Assembly: GCA_963604655.1 (NCBI GenBank)
Contig: CAVCRP010000002.1
Coordinates: 45,259-109,258, forward strand
Length of the DNA: 64,000 nt
DNA from: an uncultured Ruminococcus sp.
GTDB taxonomy: Bacteria > Actinomycetota > Coriobacteriia > Coriobacteriales > Coriobacteriaceae
Direction of reading: 5' to 3'
Each line of letters opens with the position of its first letter. Positions within the stretch are counted from its first letter, which is position 1. Below, in pieces: positions 1 through 8,244 of the stretch. Both the position numbers and the translations under genes were made by a program. The notes under the pieces are model-generated. The model did no database searches. It was not told where the DNA came from and was given only the letters and a program-made list of their open reading frames with translations.

Positions 1-1
1 C

Positions 2-346
2 TATGGCGCAGGCGCTGGTATGCGCGGCATTCCGGGCGATTGCTATTCGCCGAGCCGTTTTGTAAAGGCGGCGTACCTTAACGCCAATTACCCGCAAAAA
101 GACAGCGAGGCCGAGAATGTTATCCGCATGTTCCGCTCGCTCGAGGGTGTGGCGATGATCGAGGGCGCGTCCAAGATGGGCGACGGGAAGTTTGAGAAGA
201 CCATCTACACTGGATGCTTTAGCGCGCGCACGGGCAATTACTATTACGCAACGTATGAGGACCCGTCGATTCGCTACGTGAGCTTGATGGATGCCGAGGG
301 CGCTGGCCCCGATAAGCTCGTGACTCCCGAGCCGCGCCGCTCGTAG
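2..346 (+). CDS. choloylglycine hydrolase / linear amide C-N hydrolase family protein, C-terminal fragment (5' end outside window)
   Basis: The frame of ORF 20..346 stays open to the window edge (YGAGAGMRGIPGDCYSPSRFVKAAYLNANY...). The G-x-PGD-x-x-S-x-SRFV-[KR]-AA block is typical of Ntn bile-salt/penicillin-V hydrolases. The stop is at 344-346. Confidence 0.75.
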   Translation, partial: YGAGAGMRGIPGDCYSPSRFVKAAYLNANYPQKDSEAENVIRMFRSLEGVAMIEGASKMGDGKFEKTIYTGCFSARTGNYYYATYEDPSIRYVSLMDAEGAGPDKLVTPEPRRS

Positions 347-369
347 CTCACCGGCCCGCCGTAACACAA

Positions 370-406
370 AACGGCCCTGCATCTCGTTGCGAGATGCAGG
401 GCCGTT
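370..406. terminator. Hairpin between convergent genes; terminator of kup, possibly bidirectional
   Basis: AACGGCCCTGCATCTC-gttgc-GAGATGCAGGGCCGTT is a 16-bp perfect stem. On the minus strand it is followed by TTTGTGTT. Confidence 0.6.
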
Positions 407-428
407 ATCGTCGATAACTGACGGTGTT

Positions 429-2678
429 TTAGAAGTTGGCGTCGTTGAGCTGGGCGCTCTCGAGTCCGTCGAGTTGCTGCTGCTCGGGCGTGTCGGCGAC
501 GCTTTCGAGCTGCTCGGTGGGGTCGACATTCATGCTCTTGCCGGCCTCGTTGCCGTTGACCAGGTCGTCCGAGAAGATGTCGACTTCCATTTCCTCGGCC
601 TCCTCGACCTGAACCTCGAGCGGCACCTGGGTGCGCACCAGCTTGACGGCCGGACGCATGCGGGCAAACAGCGGCACGTACTCGATGATGATGGCCGAGT
701 TCTCGAGACCATACCAACGTGCTGGGCTTCCGCAGGCGCGGCGGACGGCGTACTTGATGGCCATGACGCGGTGGTCGTTGCGGTTGATGTCCGTCTCGGG
801 GGCGAGCATCTTGCGCAGCATGCAAAAACGGAAGTCGCCCACGTTGCCGCGCGTCTCGTAGATAGAGTAGGTGTGGTGCTGCGGCGGCAGCTCGCCCGAA
901 GCCATCAGGTCGCCGACGATCTGGCGCAGATAGGCGTTGACGCGCTGGTTGACCTTAAAGCCCAGGTCCAGGCGCACGCGGAACAGGAAGTCCGTGCCAA
1001 AGGTCTCGACGGAATACTCGTGCGTATAAGGCTCGTCGGTAACGTGCACGTTGATGAACCAATATGCCTTGGCGCGCTTGGGGTGCTTGTCCAGGATGGA
1101 ATAGAGCACGTCGCGGTCGAGCGTGAGCGGGTCGGGGCTGTTGGTAAGGAACACCAGGTTGTCGGCGAGTACGGGATAGGTCTCGTCGTTGCGCAGGCGG
1201 TTGAGCTGGTCGATATACTTGGAGACGGGCAGCAGAATTGTCTGCGTACGCTCGATGGCGGTACCGCGGCGCCACACGTACATAAGGCCGAACAGCAGCG
1301 CGGCCAGGAAGATCATGACGTAGCCGCCGTCAAAGAACATGGTGAGGCACGAAGCGAAGAAGCAGAGCTCAATGGCGCCAAAGAGCAGGGCGAAGACGCA
1401 AGCGCCCAGTTTGTGCTTGAGGATGCCGGCGATGTAGCTCGTCAAAAGCGTCGTGGTCATGAGCATGGTCACGGTAATGGCGAGGCCATAGGCGCTCTCC
1501 ATGCGCTCGGAGTTTTGGAACAGCAGCACAATAAAGATGCAACCGACCCACATGATGTTATTGACGAGCGGAATATAGAGCTGGCCCTTGGTGTCGCTGG
1601 GGTAGTGAATGCGCAGGTGCGGCATGAGGTTGAGGCGGGTTGCCTCGGATACCAGCGAGAACGAGCCGGTGATAAGTGCCTGCGAGGCGATGATGGCTGC
1701 GACGGCCGAAAGCACGATGGCAAAGGGGCGCAGGGGCTCGGGAAGCATCATGTAGAACGGGTTGACGATATCCATCGCGAGCATCTGGGGATTGGAGTTA
1801 TTGGCGAGCAGCCAAGCTCCCTGGCCCAGATAGTTGAGGATGAGTGCCGCCTTTACGAACGGCCAGGATGCGTAGATATTTGCCTTGCCCACGTGGCCCA
1901 TGTCCGAATAGAGCGCCTCGGCGCCGGTCGTCGACAGAAAGACGAAGCCGAGCACCATGATGCCCGAATGGTTGATGGGCGAGAACAGGAACATGATGCC
2001 GCGGATGGGGTTGAGCGCGCGCAGGATGGACAGGTTGCCGAGCATGTTGAACAGGCCGGCGCCCGCCAGGAACAGGAACCACAGCGTCATGAGCGGGCCG
2101 AACAGCTTGCCGATCGACGAGGTGCCGGCGCGCTGCATGGCAAACAGGCCGCAGATAATGACGATGGTGATGATAATCACATTGGTCTGGCCGTCGCCCA
2201 GCAGGGCGTGGCCCCACTCAATGGTGCGCAGGCCCTCGATGGCCGTGGTGACCGTGACGGCGGGGGTGAGGATGCCGTCGGCGAGCAGCGCCGCGCCACC
2301 GATCATGGCGGGCAGAATCAGCCACGGCGCTACCTTGCGCACAAGGCTGAACAGGGCGAAGATACCGCCTTCGTTGTGGTTGTCGGCCTTCATGGCGATC
2401 AGCACGTACTTGACCGTGGTCACGAGCGTCATGGTCCAGATGACGAGCGAAAGCGCGCCCAGGATCATGTCCTCACTGACGGTGCCGATGCCGCCGTTGT
2501 TGGCGACGATGGATTTCATGGTGTACATGGGGCTCGTGCCGATGTCGCCGTAGACGACGCCGAGCGTAACGAGCAGCATACCAGCGGAGAGCGGGATAGC
2601 TCCGTGCCCGCCCTGACTGTGCTGGTCTTGGAGGCTTGCCTCCAGTTTGTTGTGTGCCACGTGGACTCCCTTAGACAT
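429..2678 (-). CDS. kup: KUP/HAK/KT family potassium transporter
   Basis: 749-aa ORF. The N-terminus ...LLVTLGVVYGDIGTSPMYTMKSIV... carries the GVVYGDIGTSP signature of Kup, followed by a multi-TM body and a soluble C-terminal domain with an acidic tail. Confidence 0.95.
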   Translation of the reverse strand: MSKGVHVAHNKLEASLQDQHSQGGHGAIPLSAGMLLVTLGVVYGDIGTSPMYTMKSIVANNGGIGTVSEDMILGALSLVIWTMTLVTTVKYVLIAMKADNHNEGGIFALFSLVRKVAPWLILPAMIGGAALLADGILTPAVTVTTAIEGLRTIEWGHALLGDGQTNVIIITIVIICGLFAMQRAGTSSIGKLFGPLMTLWFLFLAGAGLFNMLGNLSILRALNPIRGIMFLFSPINHSGIMVLGFVFLSTTGAEALYSDMGHVGKANIYASWPFVKAALILNYLGQGAWLLANNSNPQMLAMDIVNPFYMMLPEPLRPFAIVLSAVAAIIASQALITGSFSLVSEATRLNLMPHLRIHYPSDTKGQLYIPLVNNIMWVGCIFIVLLFQNSERMESAYGLAITVTMLMTTTLLTSYIAGILKHKLGACVFALLFGAIELCFFASCLTMFFDGGYVMIFLAALLFGLMYVWRRGTAIERTQTILLPVSKYIDQLNRLRNDETYPVLADNLVFLTNSPDPLTLDRDVLYSILDKHPKRAKAYWFINVHVTDEPYTHEYSVETFGTDFLFRVRLDLGFKVNQRVNAYLRQIVGDLMASGELPPQHHTYSIYETRGNVGDFRFCMLRKMLAPETDINRNDHRVMAIKYAVRRACGSPARWYGLENSAIIIEYVPLFARMRPAVKLVRTQVPLEVQVEEAEEMEVDIFSDDLVNGNEAGKSMNVDPTEQLESVADTPEQQQLDGLESAQLNDANF

Positions 2679-2885
2679 CTAATTTCTGTCGAGACAGAAA
2701 TCTTTTATGCCGTCTTTATATATAAGAGCAGTTTGGCACATCGGGGTGCTTTAGACAATAATCCCCAGCTGGGGAGTAGCTGCCTGCGCGGGCGACATTT
2801 CAAAACAGGGACACACTCGCTGTGTGGTTTGCTGCAAGGTAGCAACCGCGGGCGCGCCCCTGTTTTGAAACATGAAGAGGGACTG

Positions 2886-3800
2886 TTAGGCGCGTGCTGC
2901 CTGGGCAATACCGGCTTTGGCACTTGCGCGTTTGCCGGCGAGCTCGCAGAAGATCGCGCCGCCGATGATCAGCGCGGCTCCCATTAGGCGGATGGGCGTC
3001 ATGGCCTCGCCCAAAAGGACGACGGAGAAGACGACGGCCGAAAGCGGCTCGAGGTAGCCGACGACGGCGACGGTCTGCACGGGCAGTTTGGCGACAGCGC
3101 TAAAGTACAGCAGGCAGCCGAGCCCGGTGTTGACGACGCCGAGCATGGCGACGGCGCGCCAGTCGATGCCGGTGGCAATACTGGAGGAGAAAAACGAGGG
3201 GGCGCCTTGCGTGATGAGCGTGAGGATCAGTGCGGTCGCAAAGGCGGCGCTCACCTGGAGCGTGGAGTTCTCGAGGCCCTCGATGTGCGGCGCCCCCTTG
3301 CTGGCGATGACCATCAGCGCGTAGCAGAAGGCCGAGGCGATGCCGCAGACGACGCCCGAGATGGGCATGTTGCCGCCCAGGCCTTGTGCTGCGATGAGGA
3401 AAGCGCCGCAGGCAACGGCGACAAAGCCGGTGATTTTACCGCCGGTCAGCTTTTCACCAAAAATGAGCGGGGAGAGCGCCATAACGATGATGGGGCCGCA
3501 GTAATACAGCAGCGAGGAGATGCCGACGCCAATGGTCTGGTAGGCGCGAAACAGGAATATCCAGCTGGCACCCAGCGCAGCGCCCGAGAGAATAAGGGCA
3601 GCGGCTTCGCGGGGACGAGACGGTGCCTGCAACTTATGGCGTTGCGTAGTGACGAGGATGATGATGAGCGAGAGCGCACCCAAAAACGTGCGTAGGAGCA
3701 CGATGTCGGAGCTTGGCAGCGCGATGGCTGCGGCGATGATACCGTTAGAGCCAAACAACAGTAATGCTGCTAAGTATGTAACCAATCCATTGTTGTTCAT
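2886..3800 (-). CDS. EamA/DMT superfamily transporter
   Basis: 304 aa, about 10 hydrophobic helices in a two-fold EamA-like repeat architecture (MNNNGLVTYLAALLLFGSNGIIA...). Divergent from a LysR gene. Confidence 0.85.
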   Translation of the reverse strand: MNNNGLVTYLAALLLFGSNGIIAAAIALPSSDIVLLRTFLGALSLIIILVTTQRHKLQAPSRPREAAALILSGAALGASWIFLFRAYQTIGVGISSLLYYCGPIIVMALSPLIFGEKLTGGKITGFVAVACGAFLIAAQGLGGNMPISGVVCGIASAFCYALMVIASKGAPHIEGLENSTLQVSAAFATALILTLITQGAPSFFSSSIATGIDWRAVAMLGVVNTGLGCLLYFSAVAKLPVQTVAVVGYLEPLSAVVFSVVLLGEAMTPIRLMGAALIIGGAIFCELAGKRASAKAGIAQAARA

Positions 3801-3897
3801 GCACTGCCGTCCCCTCTATATTCGTGCATGTTTACTATGGGGTAGCGGGCTATAGAAGAAAAGCGAATATAATGCATGGGTGACATGACAAATACTC

Positions 3898-4776
3898 ATG
3901 CAAAGGCAGGGACGTGCCGTGGAGACCAATATCCAAAAGATGCAGGTGCTGCTCGAGACGGTGCGCGCTGGCAGCTTTACACGCGCCGCCGAGCGGCTGA
4001 ACTATTCGCAGTCGGGCGTGAGCCGTATGGTGGGCGACCTTGAGGCCGACTGGGGCTTTAAAGTGCTCGACCGCAGCCGCGAGGGCGTGGTGCTTTCTGC
4101 CGACGGGCGGCAGATCATGCCGGCGGTCGAGGCGTTATGCGAGGAGTTTGGCCGCCTGCAGCGATGCGTGGACGAGATGCGGGGGCTCATGCGCGGCAAG
4201 ATCTGCATCGGTACGTTTTCGAGCGTGGCGACCCATGTGCTGCCGCCGGTCATCGCGCGGTTTCGCGCCGATCACCCGGATGTCGATTACGAGCTGCTGA
4301 TGGGTGATTACTCCGAGATTGAGCAATGGGTGGCGGAAGGCCGCTGCGACCTGGGCTTTATCCCGCGCGAGCCCTGCGGCGCCGGTATGGCATCGCGGCC
4401 GTTGGTGCAAGATGAGCTGATGGCCGTAGTGCCGGCAAGCTCTCCACTTGCTACTGCGGAGGCCGTTTCTCTTGCCGATTTAGTCAACGAGCAATTCATT
4501 CTGTTGGAGCGCGGGAGCGACGACGAGATTACGCCGCTGTTCCGCCGTGCGGGGCTAACGGTGCGCTCCAAGCTGTCGACTTGGGACGACTATGCGATTA
4601 TGGCCATGGTCGAGGACGGATTGGGCGTGAGTGTTCTTCCGGCACTCATCTTGCGCCGCTGTCAGTTTGATGTCGCTATCCGGCCGCTGGAGGGGCATCC
4701 TCATCGGCAAATCAATGCCATATACCGCACGGCCGACGTTTCGCTTGCGGCGACTCGATTTCTCGAATATCTCTAA
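3898..4776 (+). CDS. LysR family transcriptional regulator
   Basis: N-terminal wHTH ...MQVLLETVRAGSFTRAAERLNYSQSGVSRMVGDLE... plus a LysR substrate-binding fold. An alternative GTG start at 3919 has a better SD (AGGGA). Confidence 0.9.
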   Translation: MQRQGRAVETNIQKMQVLLETVRAGSFTRAAERLNYSQSGVSRMVGDLEADWGFKVLDRSREGVVLSADGRQIMPAVEALCEEFGRLQRCVDEMRGLMRGKICIGTFSSVATHVLPPVIARFRADHPDVDYELLMGDYSEIEQWVAEGRCDLGFIPREPCGAGMASRPLVQDELMAVVPASSPLATAEAVSLADLVNEQFILLERGSDDEITPLFRRAGLTVRSKLSTWDDYAIMAMVEDGLGVSVLPALILRRCQFDVAIRPLEGHPHRQINAIYRTADVSLAATRFLEYL

Positions 4777-4834
4777 TGGTGCACACTGTTATCTGCTCTG
4801 GAGCAAATCTTGGAACTTGGCGCATTTCTTTGTG

Positions 4835-4919
4835 AAATTGAACTTTCGTACTATGTGCCGCGCTATACTGCTGCCTAAATTGAACTAAGGTTCAATTCGT
4901 GTTCTATAAATTGAACTTT
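4835..4919 (+). promoter_or_regulatory. Candidate operator array: three AAATTGAAC(T) repeats, one embedded in a perfect palindrome
   Basis: AAATTGAACTTT occurs at 4835-4846 and 4908-4919, and AAATTGAACT at 4877-4886. AATTGAAC-taag-GTTCAATT is a perfect palindrome at 4878-4897. Repeat starts are spaced 42 and 31 bp. The array ends 19 nt upstream of the GTG start of the HTH-aminotransferase gene. Confidence 0.45.
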
Positions 4920-4937
4920 GCCAGCAAGGAGGTTCTA

Positions 4938-6458
4938 GTGGCCCAAGAGACGTTTAGCGATCGCCTGCGACAGGTTATGTCCGATCGCGACGTTCGCCAG
5001 TCGGACGTGATTCGTGCATCGGAGATGCTCGGCAAAAAACTCGGCAAGAGTCAGATGAGCCAATATGTGAGCGGCAAGACGATCCCGCGGCGCGATGTGG
5101 CAGAGCTGCTCGCCCGCATTTTGGAGGTCGATGTTACCTGGCTGCTCGCCAGCGACGCCGACCAAGGCGAGACGCCCTCGCCCCGTAACGTTGCCAAATC
5201 CGAACCTAGCCCCACGGCTCAAATTGCAAGGAGCGCCACCATGCGTACTTTCTCTAAATCCACCAAGCTCGATAACGTCCTGTATGACGTGCGCGGCCCC
5301 GTCGTCGATGAGGCTGCCCGTATGGAGGACGAGGGCGAGCGCATCCTCAAGCTCAATATCGGCAACCCGGCACCCTTCGGTTTCCGCACGCCCGATGAGG
5401 TCATCAAGGACATGCGTCAGCAGCTGCCCGACTGCGAGGGCTATTCCAACTCGCGCGGCCTGTTCTCCGCGCGCAAGGCGATCATGCAGTATTCGCAGAT
5501 CAAGGGCCTGCCCAATGTTCAGATGGAGCATATCTACACGGGCAATGGCGTGTCCGAGCTCATTCAGCTTTCGATGAACGCGCTGCTCGACAATGGCGAC
5601 GAGATCCTGATCCCCAGCCCCGACTATCCGCTGTGGACGGCGTGCGCAACCCTTGCCGGCGGTCATCCCGTGCATTATCTGTGCGACGAACAGGCCGATT
5701 GGTATCCCGACCTGGAGGATATGGAGTCCAAGATCACGAGCGCGACCAAGGCCCTCGTCATCATCAACCCCAACAACCCCACGGGCTCGGTCTATCCGCG
5801 CGAGGTGCTCGAGGGTATCGTCGAGATCGCGCGCAGGCATCAGCTGATGATCTTTGCCGACGAGATCTACGACCGTCTGTGCATGGATGGCTACGAGCAT
5901 GTCTCGATTGCTTCGCTCGCTCCCGACCTGCCCTGCGTCACCTTTAGCGGCCTTTCCAAGTCGCACATGATCGCGGGCTACCGTATTGGCTGGATGGTGC
6001 TTTCGGGCAACCAACGCTGCATGAGCGACTTTATTATGGGCATCAACATGCTTTCGAACATGCGCCTGTGCTCTAACGTCCCGGCTCAGTCCATCGTTCA
6101 GACGGCGCTCGGCGGTCATCAGTCGGTTAACGACTACATTCGCCCCGGCGGCCGTGTCTACGAGCAGCGCAACTATGTGTACGAAGCGCTCAGCAAGATC
6201 GACGGCATCTCGGTGGTCAAGCCGCGTGCGGCGTTCTACATCTTCCCCAAGATGGATGTGAAGAAGTTCAACATCACCGATGACGAGCAGTTCGCTCTCG
6301 ACCTGCTGCACGAGAAGAAGATCCTGATCACGCGCGGCGGCGGCTTTAACTGGGCCGAGCCCGACCACTTCCGCATCGTCTACCTGCCGCGCATGGAAGT
6401 GCTCAAAGAGTCCCTCGAAGACCTCGCCGACTTCTTCGATCATTATCGTCAGTCGTAG
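4938..6458 (+). CDS. XRE-type HTH domain fused to an AlaA-like PLP-dependent (class I) aminotransferase
   Basis: GTG at 4938 lies 5 nt after AAGGAGG (4926-4932). The N-terminus FSDRLRQVMSDRDVRQSDVIRASEMLGKKLGKSQMSQYVSGKTIP is a Cro/C1 HTH. From MRTFSKSTKLDNVLYDVRGPV...LKLNIGNPAPFGF onward it is colinear with alanine aminotransferase AlaA, including the SKSHMIAGYR PLP-lysine region. Confidence 0.85.
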   Translation: MAQETFSDRLRQVMSDRDVRQSDVIRASEMLGKKLGKSQMSQYVSGKTIPRRDVAELLARILEVDVTWLLASDADQGETPSPRNVAKSEPSPTAQIARSATMRTFSKSTKLDNVLYDVRGPVVDEAARMEDEGERILKLNIGNPAPFGFRTPDEVIKDMRQQLPDCEGYSNSRGLFSARKAIMQYSQIKGLPNVQMEHIYTGNGVSELIQLSMNALLDNGDEILIPSPDYPLWTACATLAGGHPVHYLCDEQADWYPDLEDMESKITSATKALVIINPNNPTGSVYPREVLEGIVEIARRHQLMIFADEIYDRLCMDGYEHVSIASLAPDLPCVTFSGLSKSHMIAGYRIGWMVLSGNQRCMSDFIMGINMLSNMRLCSNVPAQSIVQTALGGHQSVNDYIRPGGRVYEQRNYVYEALSKIDGISVVKPRAAFYIFPKMDVKKFNITDDEQFALDLLHEKKILITRGGGFNWAEPDHFRIVYLPRMEVLKESLEDLADFFDHYRQS

Positions 6459-6480
6459 GGGAAGAAAACCGTACTATGAG

Positions 6481-6514
6481 AAGCGCCCTGCAGTTATTTG
6501 GCTGCAGGGCGCTT
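6481..6514. terminator. Hairpin between convergent aminotransferase and def-like genes
   Basis: AAGCGCCCTGCAG-ttatttgg-CTGCAGGGCGCTT followed by TCTTGATT on the plus strand. Confidence 0.6.
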
Positions 6515-6529
6515 TCTTGATTGGCGGAA

Positions 6530-6940
6530 CTAAATAACAATCCCGTTGCAGTGGTCGATTTCGTGTTGAATGATCTCGGCGGTGTAGCCCGAGAAGTTCT
6601 TGATGCGGTGGACGAAGTTCTCGTCCAGATACTCCACCTTAATACGGCGATAGCGGGTGCAAGGGCGCTCGCCGACGAGTGAAAGACATTCTTCGGTCGT
6701 CTGGTAGGCATTGACCTGCTCAAGAATCTGGGGGTTGTACATAAGGAGCGCCCGGCTGCCATCCTTTACGCAGATGATGCGTTTGCGCACGCCAATCATA
6801 TTGGCGGCGAGGCCTACGCACTCGTGCTCATGTTCGTGCAGCGTGTCCAGAAGATCCTGCCCGGTCGCGGCATCTTCGGGGCCGGCGTCTTCGGAGGGCA
6901 GGCGTAAAAAGAACTCGGACTTCATGATGGGTTTGATCAT
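6530..6940 (-). CDS. def: short (136 aa) peptide deformylase family protein
   Basis: Three PDF motifs are present in order: GLAANMIG (motif 1 variant), EECLS (motif 2 variant of EGCLS) and QHEIDHCNG (motif 3 HExxH). Confidence 0.8.
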   Translation of the reverse strand: MIKPIMKSEFFLRLPSEDAGPEDAATGQDLLDTLHEHEHECVGLAANMIGVRKRIICVKDGSRALLMYNPQILEQVNAYQTTEECLSLVGERPCTRYRRIKVEYLDENFVHRIKNFSGYTAEIIQHEIDHCNGIVI

Positions 6941-7151
6941 GGCGGGCTCCTTATGATGGGCGTTTGATTTAAGTCATGATACCGCGACATGTCGCATTAA
7001 TGTGTGCACATAGATTCTGCAGTTAGATTGACGGACGAGACCATAAACTAATGGACGTTTTGCCGAGAGGCATGATTTATAAGCGCAAAAAAGTGCGCGA
7101 CGGGCCCCGCGAATGGGGCGATGATGCCCGAGAGGGCCAAGAAGGAGTCTC

Positions 7152-8063
7152 ATGTCTGAGAACGAAGAGATCATGAACGAGACCGAGAACGAGACCATGG
7201 CTGCCGAGGTCGAGGCAGTCGAGACCGTGGAGACCGAAGCTGCCGAGGTTGAGGCTGCTGACGAGGTTTCCGCCGAGGAGGAGGCCGAGGTTGTCGAGGC
7301 CGCCGCTGATTACGATGACGAAGAGCTGATGGACAAGATGCAGAAGGCCGCCCGCCTGCTGCGCAGCCGTCGCTTTGCTATTTCCAAGGAGGAGGAGGCC
7401 AAGGCCGAGCGCATGGCGAACATCGAGCGCGCCATTAAGCTCCTTGACCTCAAGCCCAGGATGGAGCAGAAGGAGATGTCCGACCTGCTGGGTATGCGCC
7501 TTCGTGAACTCGATGGCCTGATGGCCGAGGCCGAGGCTGCCGACCTGGTCGGCCGTATCGACGATGCTGAGGGCGACATGCGCAAGATCGTCGTCTTCGC
7601 TGCTGAGGATGCTGCCGAGGGCCTGACCGAGCTTGCCAACAAGAAGGAGAAGCTCCTGCCCGAGCTTTCTTACGAGGAGGCCACCGAGCTGATGGCTGCC
7701 CTCGATAAGGTTATCGCTCCGCTCGTCGCCATGGGCCTGGACGAGGACCGCGGTCCTCGCGGCGGTCGTGACGATCGCGGTGGCCGCGGCGGCGACCGTG
7801 GCGGTCGTGGCGGCTTTGGCGATCGCGGTGGCCGTGGTGGCGACCGTGGCGGTCGCGGTGGCGACCGTGGTGGCCGTGGCGGCTTTGGTGACCGTGGCGG
7901 CGATCGTGGTGGTCGCGGCGGCTTCGGCGGCAACCGTGGCGGCTATGGCGACCGCGGTGGCAACCGTGGCGGCTTCGGCGGCAACCGCGGTAACGACCGC
8001 GGCGGTCGCGGTGGCGATCGTGGCGGCCGCAACGGCGGCGGCTTCCGCGGCAACCGTTTCTAG
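7152..8063 (+). CDS. Hypothetical protein: poly-acidic N-terminus, MarR-like wHTH core, C-terminal RGG/RG repeat tail
   Basis: SD AAGAAGGAG precedes the ATG. aa 1-60 are about 50% Glu/Asp/Ala. The core ...LKPRMEQKEMSDLLGMRLRELDGLMAEAEAADLVGRIDDAEGDMRKIVV... resembles a MarR recognition helix plus wing. The last ~100 aa are (G)GRGGDRGGRGGFGDRGG repeats (nt ~7749-8060). Confidence 0.7.
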   Translation: MSENEEIMNETENETMAAEVEAVETVETEAAEVEAADEVSAEEEAEVVEAAADYDDEELMDKMQKAARLLRSRRFAISKEEEAKAERMANIERAIKLLDLKPRMEQKEMSDLLGMRLRELDGLMAEAEAADLVGRIDDAEGDMRKIVVFAAEDAAEGLTELANKKEKLLPELSYEEATELMAALDKVIAPLVAMGLDEDRGPRGGRDDRGGRGGDRGGRGGFGDRGGRGGDRGGRGGDRGGRGGFGDRGGDRGGRGGFGGNRGGYGDRGGNRGGFGGNRGNDRGGRGGDRGGRNGGGFRGNRF

Positions 8064-8065
8064 GG

Positions 8066-8093
8066 GTTACGCGGTTTTACCAAACCGCGTAAC
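8066..8093 (+). terminator. Hairpin immediately after the RGG-protein stop (no U-run)
   Basis: GTTACGCGGTTT-tacc-AAACCGCGTAAC, a 12-bp perfect stem. Confidence 0.4.
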
Positions 8094-8106
8094 TAGTTGA
8101 CGCTGC

Positions 8107-8205
8107 AAACCCGCCAGAGCGGCAATCTGCCTTTCAACTTCGGCGGCATGACCAGAAGGTCCATGCCGCCTCGTTTCAAGGCACCTTGCTCGCTCTGGCG
8201 GGTTT
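8107..8205 (+). other. Long-range 15-bp perfect stem enclosing a second hairpin
   Basis: AAACCCGCCAGAGCG (8107-8121) pairs with CGCTCTGGCGGGTTT (8191-8205). The inner hairpin is GGCGGCATG-11 nt-CATGCCGCC (8142-8170). Confidence 0.5.
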
Positions 8206-8244
8206 TCGCTGCCGGTACCAAGACATCGGCGTTGCCTTGATCCA

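Noticed and set aside
2679-2797. c-di-AMP (ydaO/kimA-type) riboswitch in the kup leader
   Set aside because: K+ transporters are often preceded by this riboswitch. I could not find the paired conserved ACGGGGA / CCCGA-type cores or the pseudo-twofold architecture, only a CCCCAGCTGGGG hairpin and an AT-rich promoter-like tract. An Infernal scan is needed to be certain.
2798-2870. tRNA-like cloverleaf
   Set aside because: The closing stem is 13 bp rather than 7. There is no GTTCRANYC T-loop and no U33/anticodon-loop geometry (the loop is ACCTTGC), and the third arm has a 5-nt loop. It is not a tRNA.
387-2987. 866-aa plus-strand ORF
   Set aside because: It is entirely antisense to the unambiguous kup gene. 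The translation is a low-complexity Gly/Ala/Val/Asp/His/Arg-rich product with no recognisable motifs, the typical long shadow ORF of high-GC DNA.
7749-8060. Non-coding minisatellite
   Set aside because: The imperfect GGCGGTCGTGGCGGC-type repeats are in frame with, and continuous with, the upstream well-supported CDS. They end at a stop followed by a hairpin and are best read as the RGG tail of the protein.
8107-8205. SRP (4.5S) RNA or another known housekeeping sRNA
   Set aside because: It has a long hairpin of about the right size, but the apical region (GGCGGCATG-ACCAGAAGGTC-CATGCCGCC) lacks the conserved SRP domain IV loops (GGAA tetraloop and AGCA/GGAAG internal loops).
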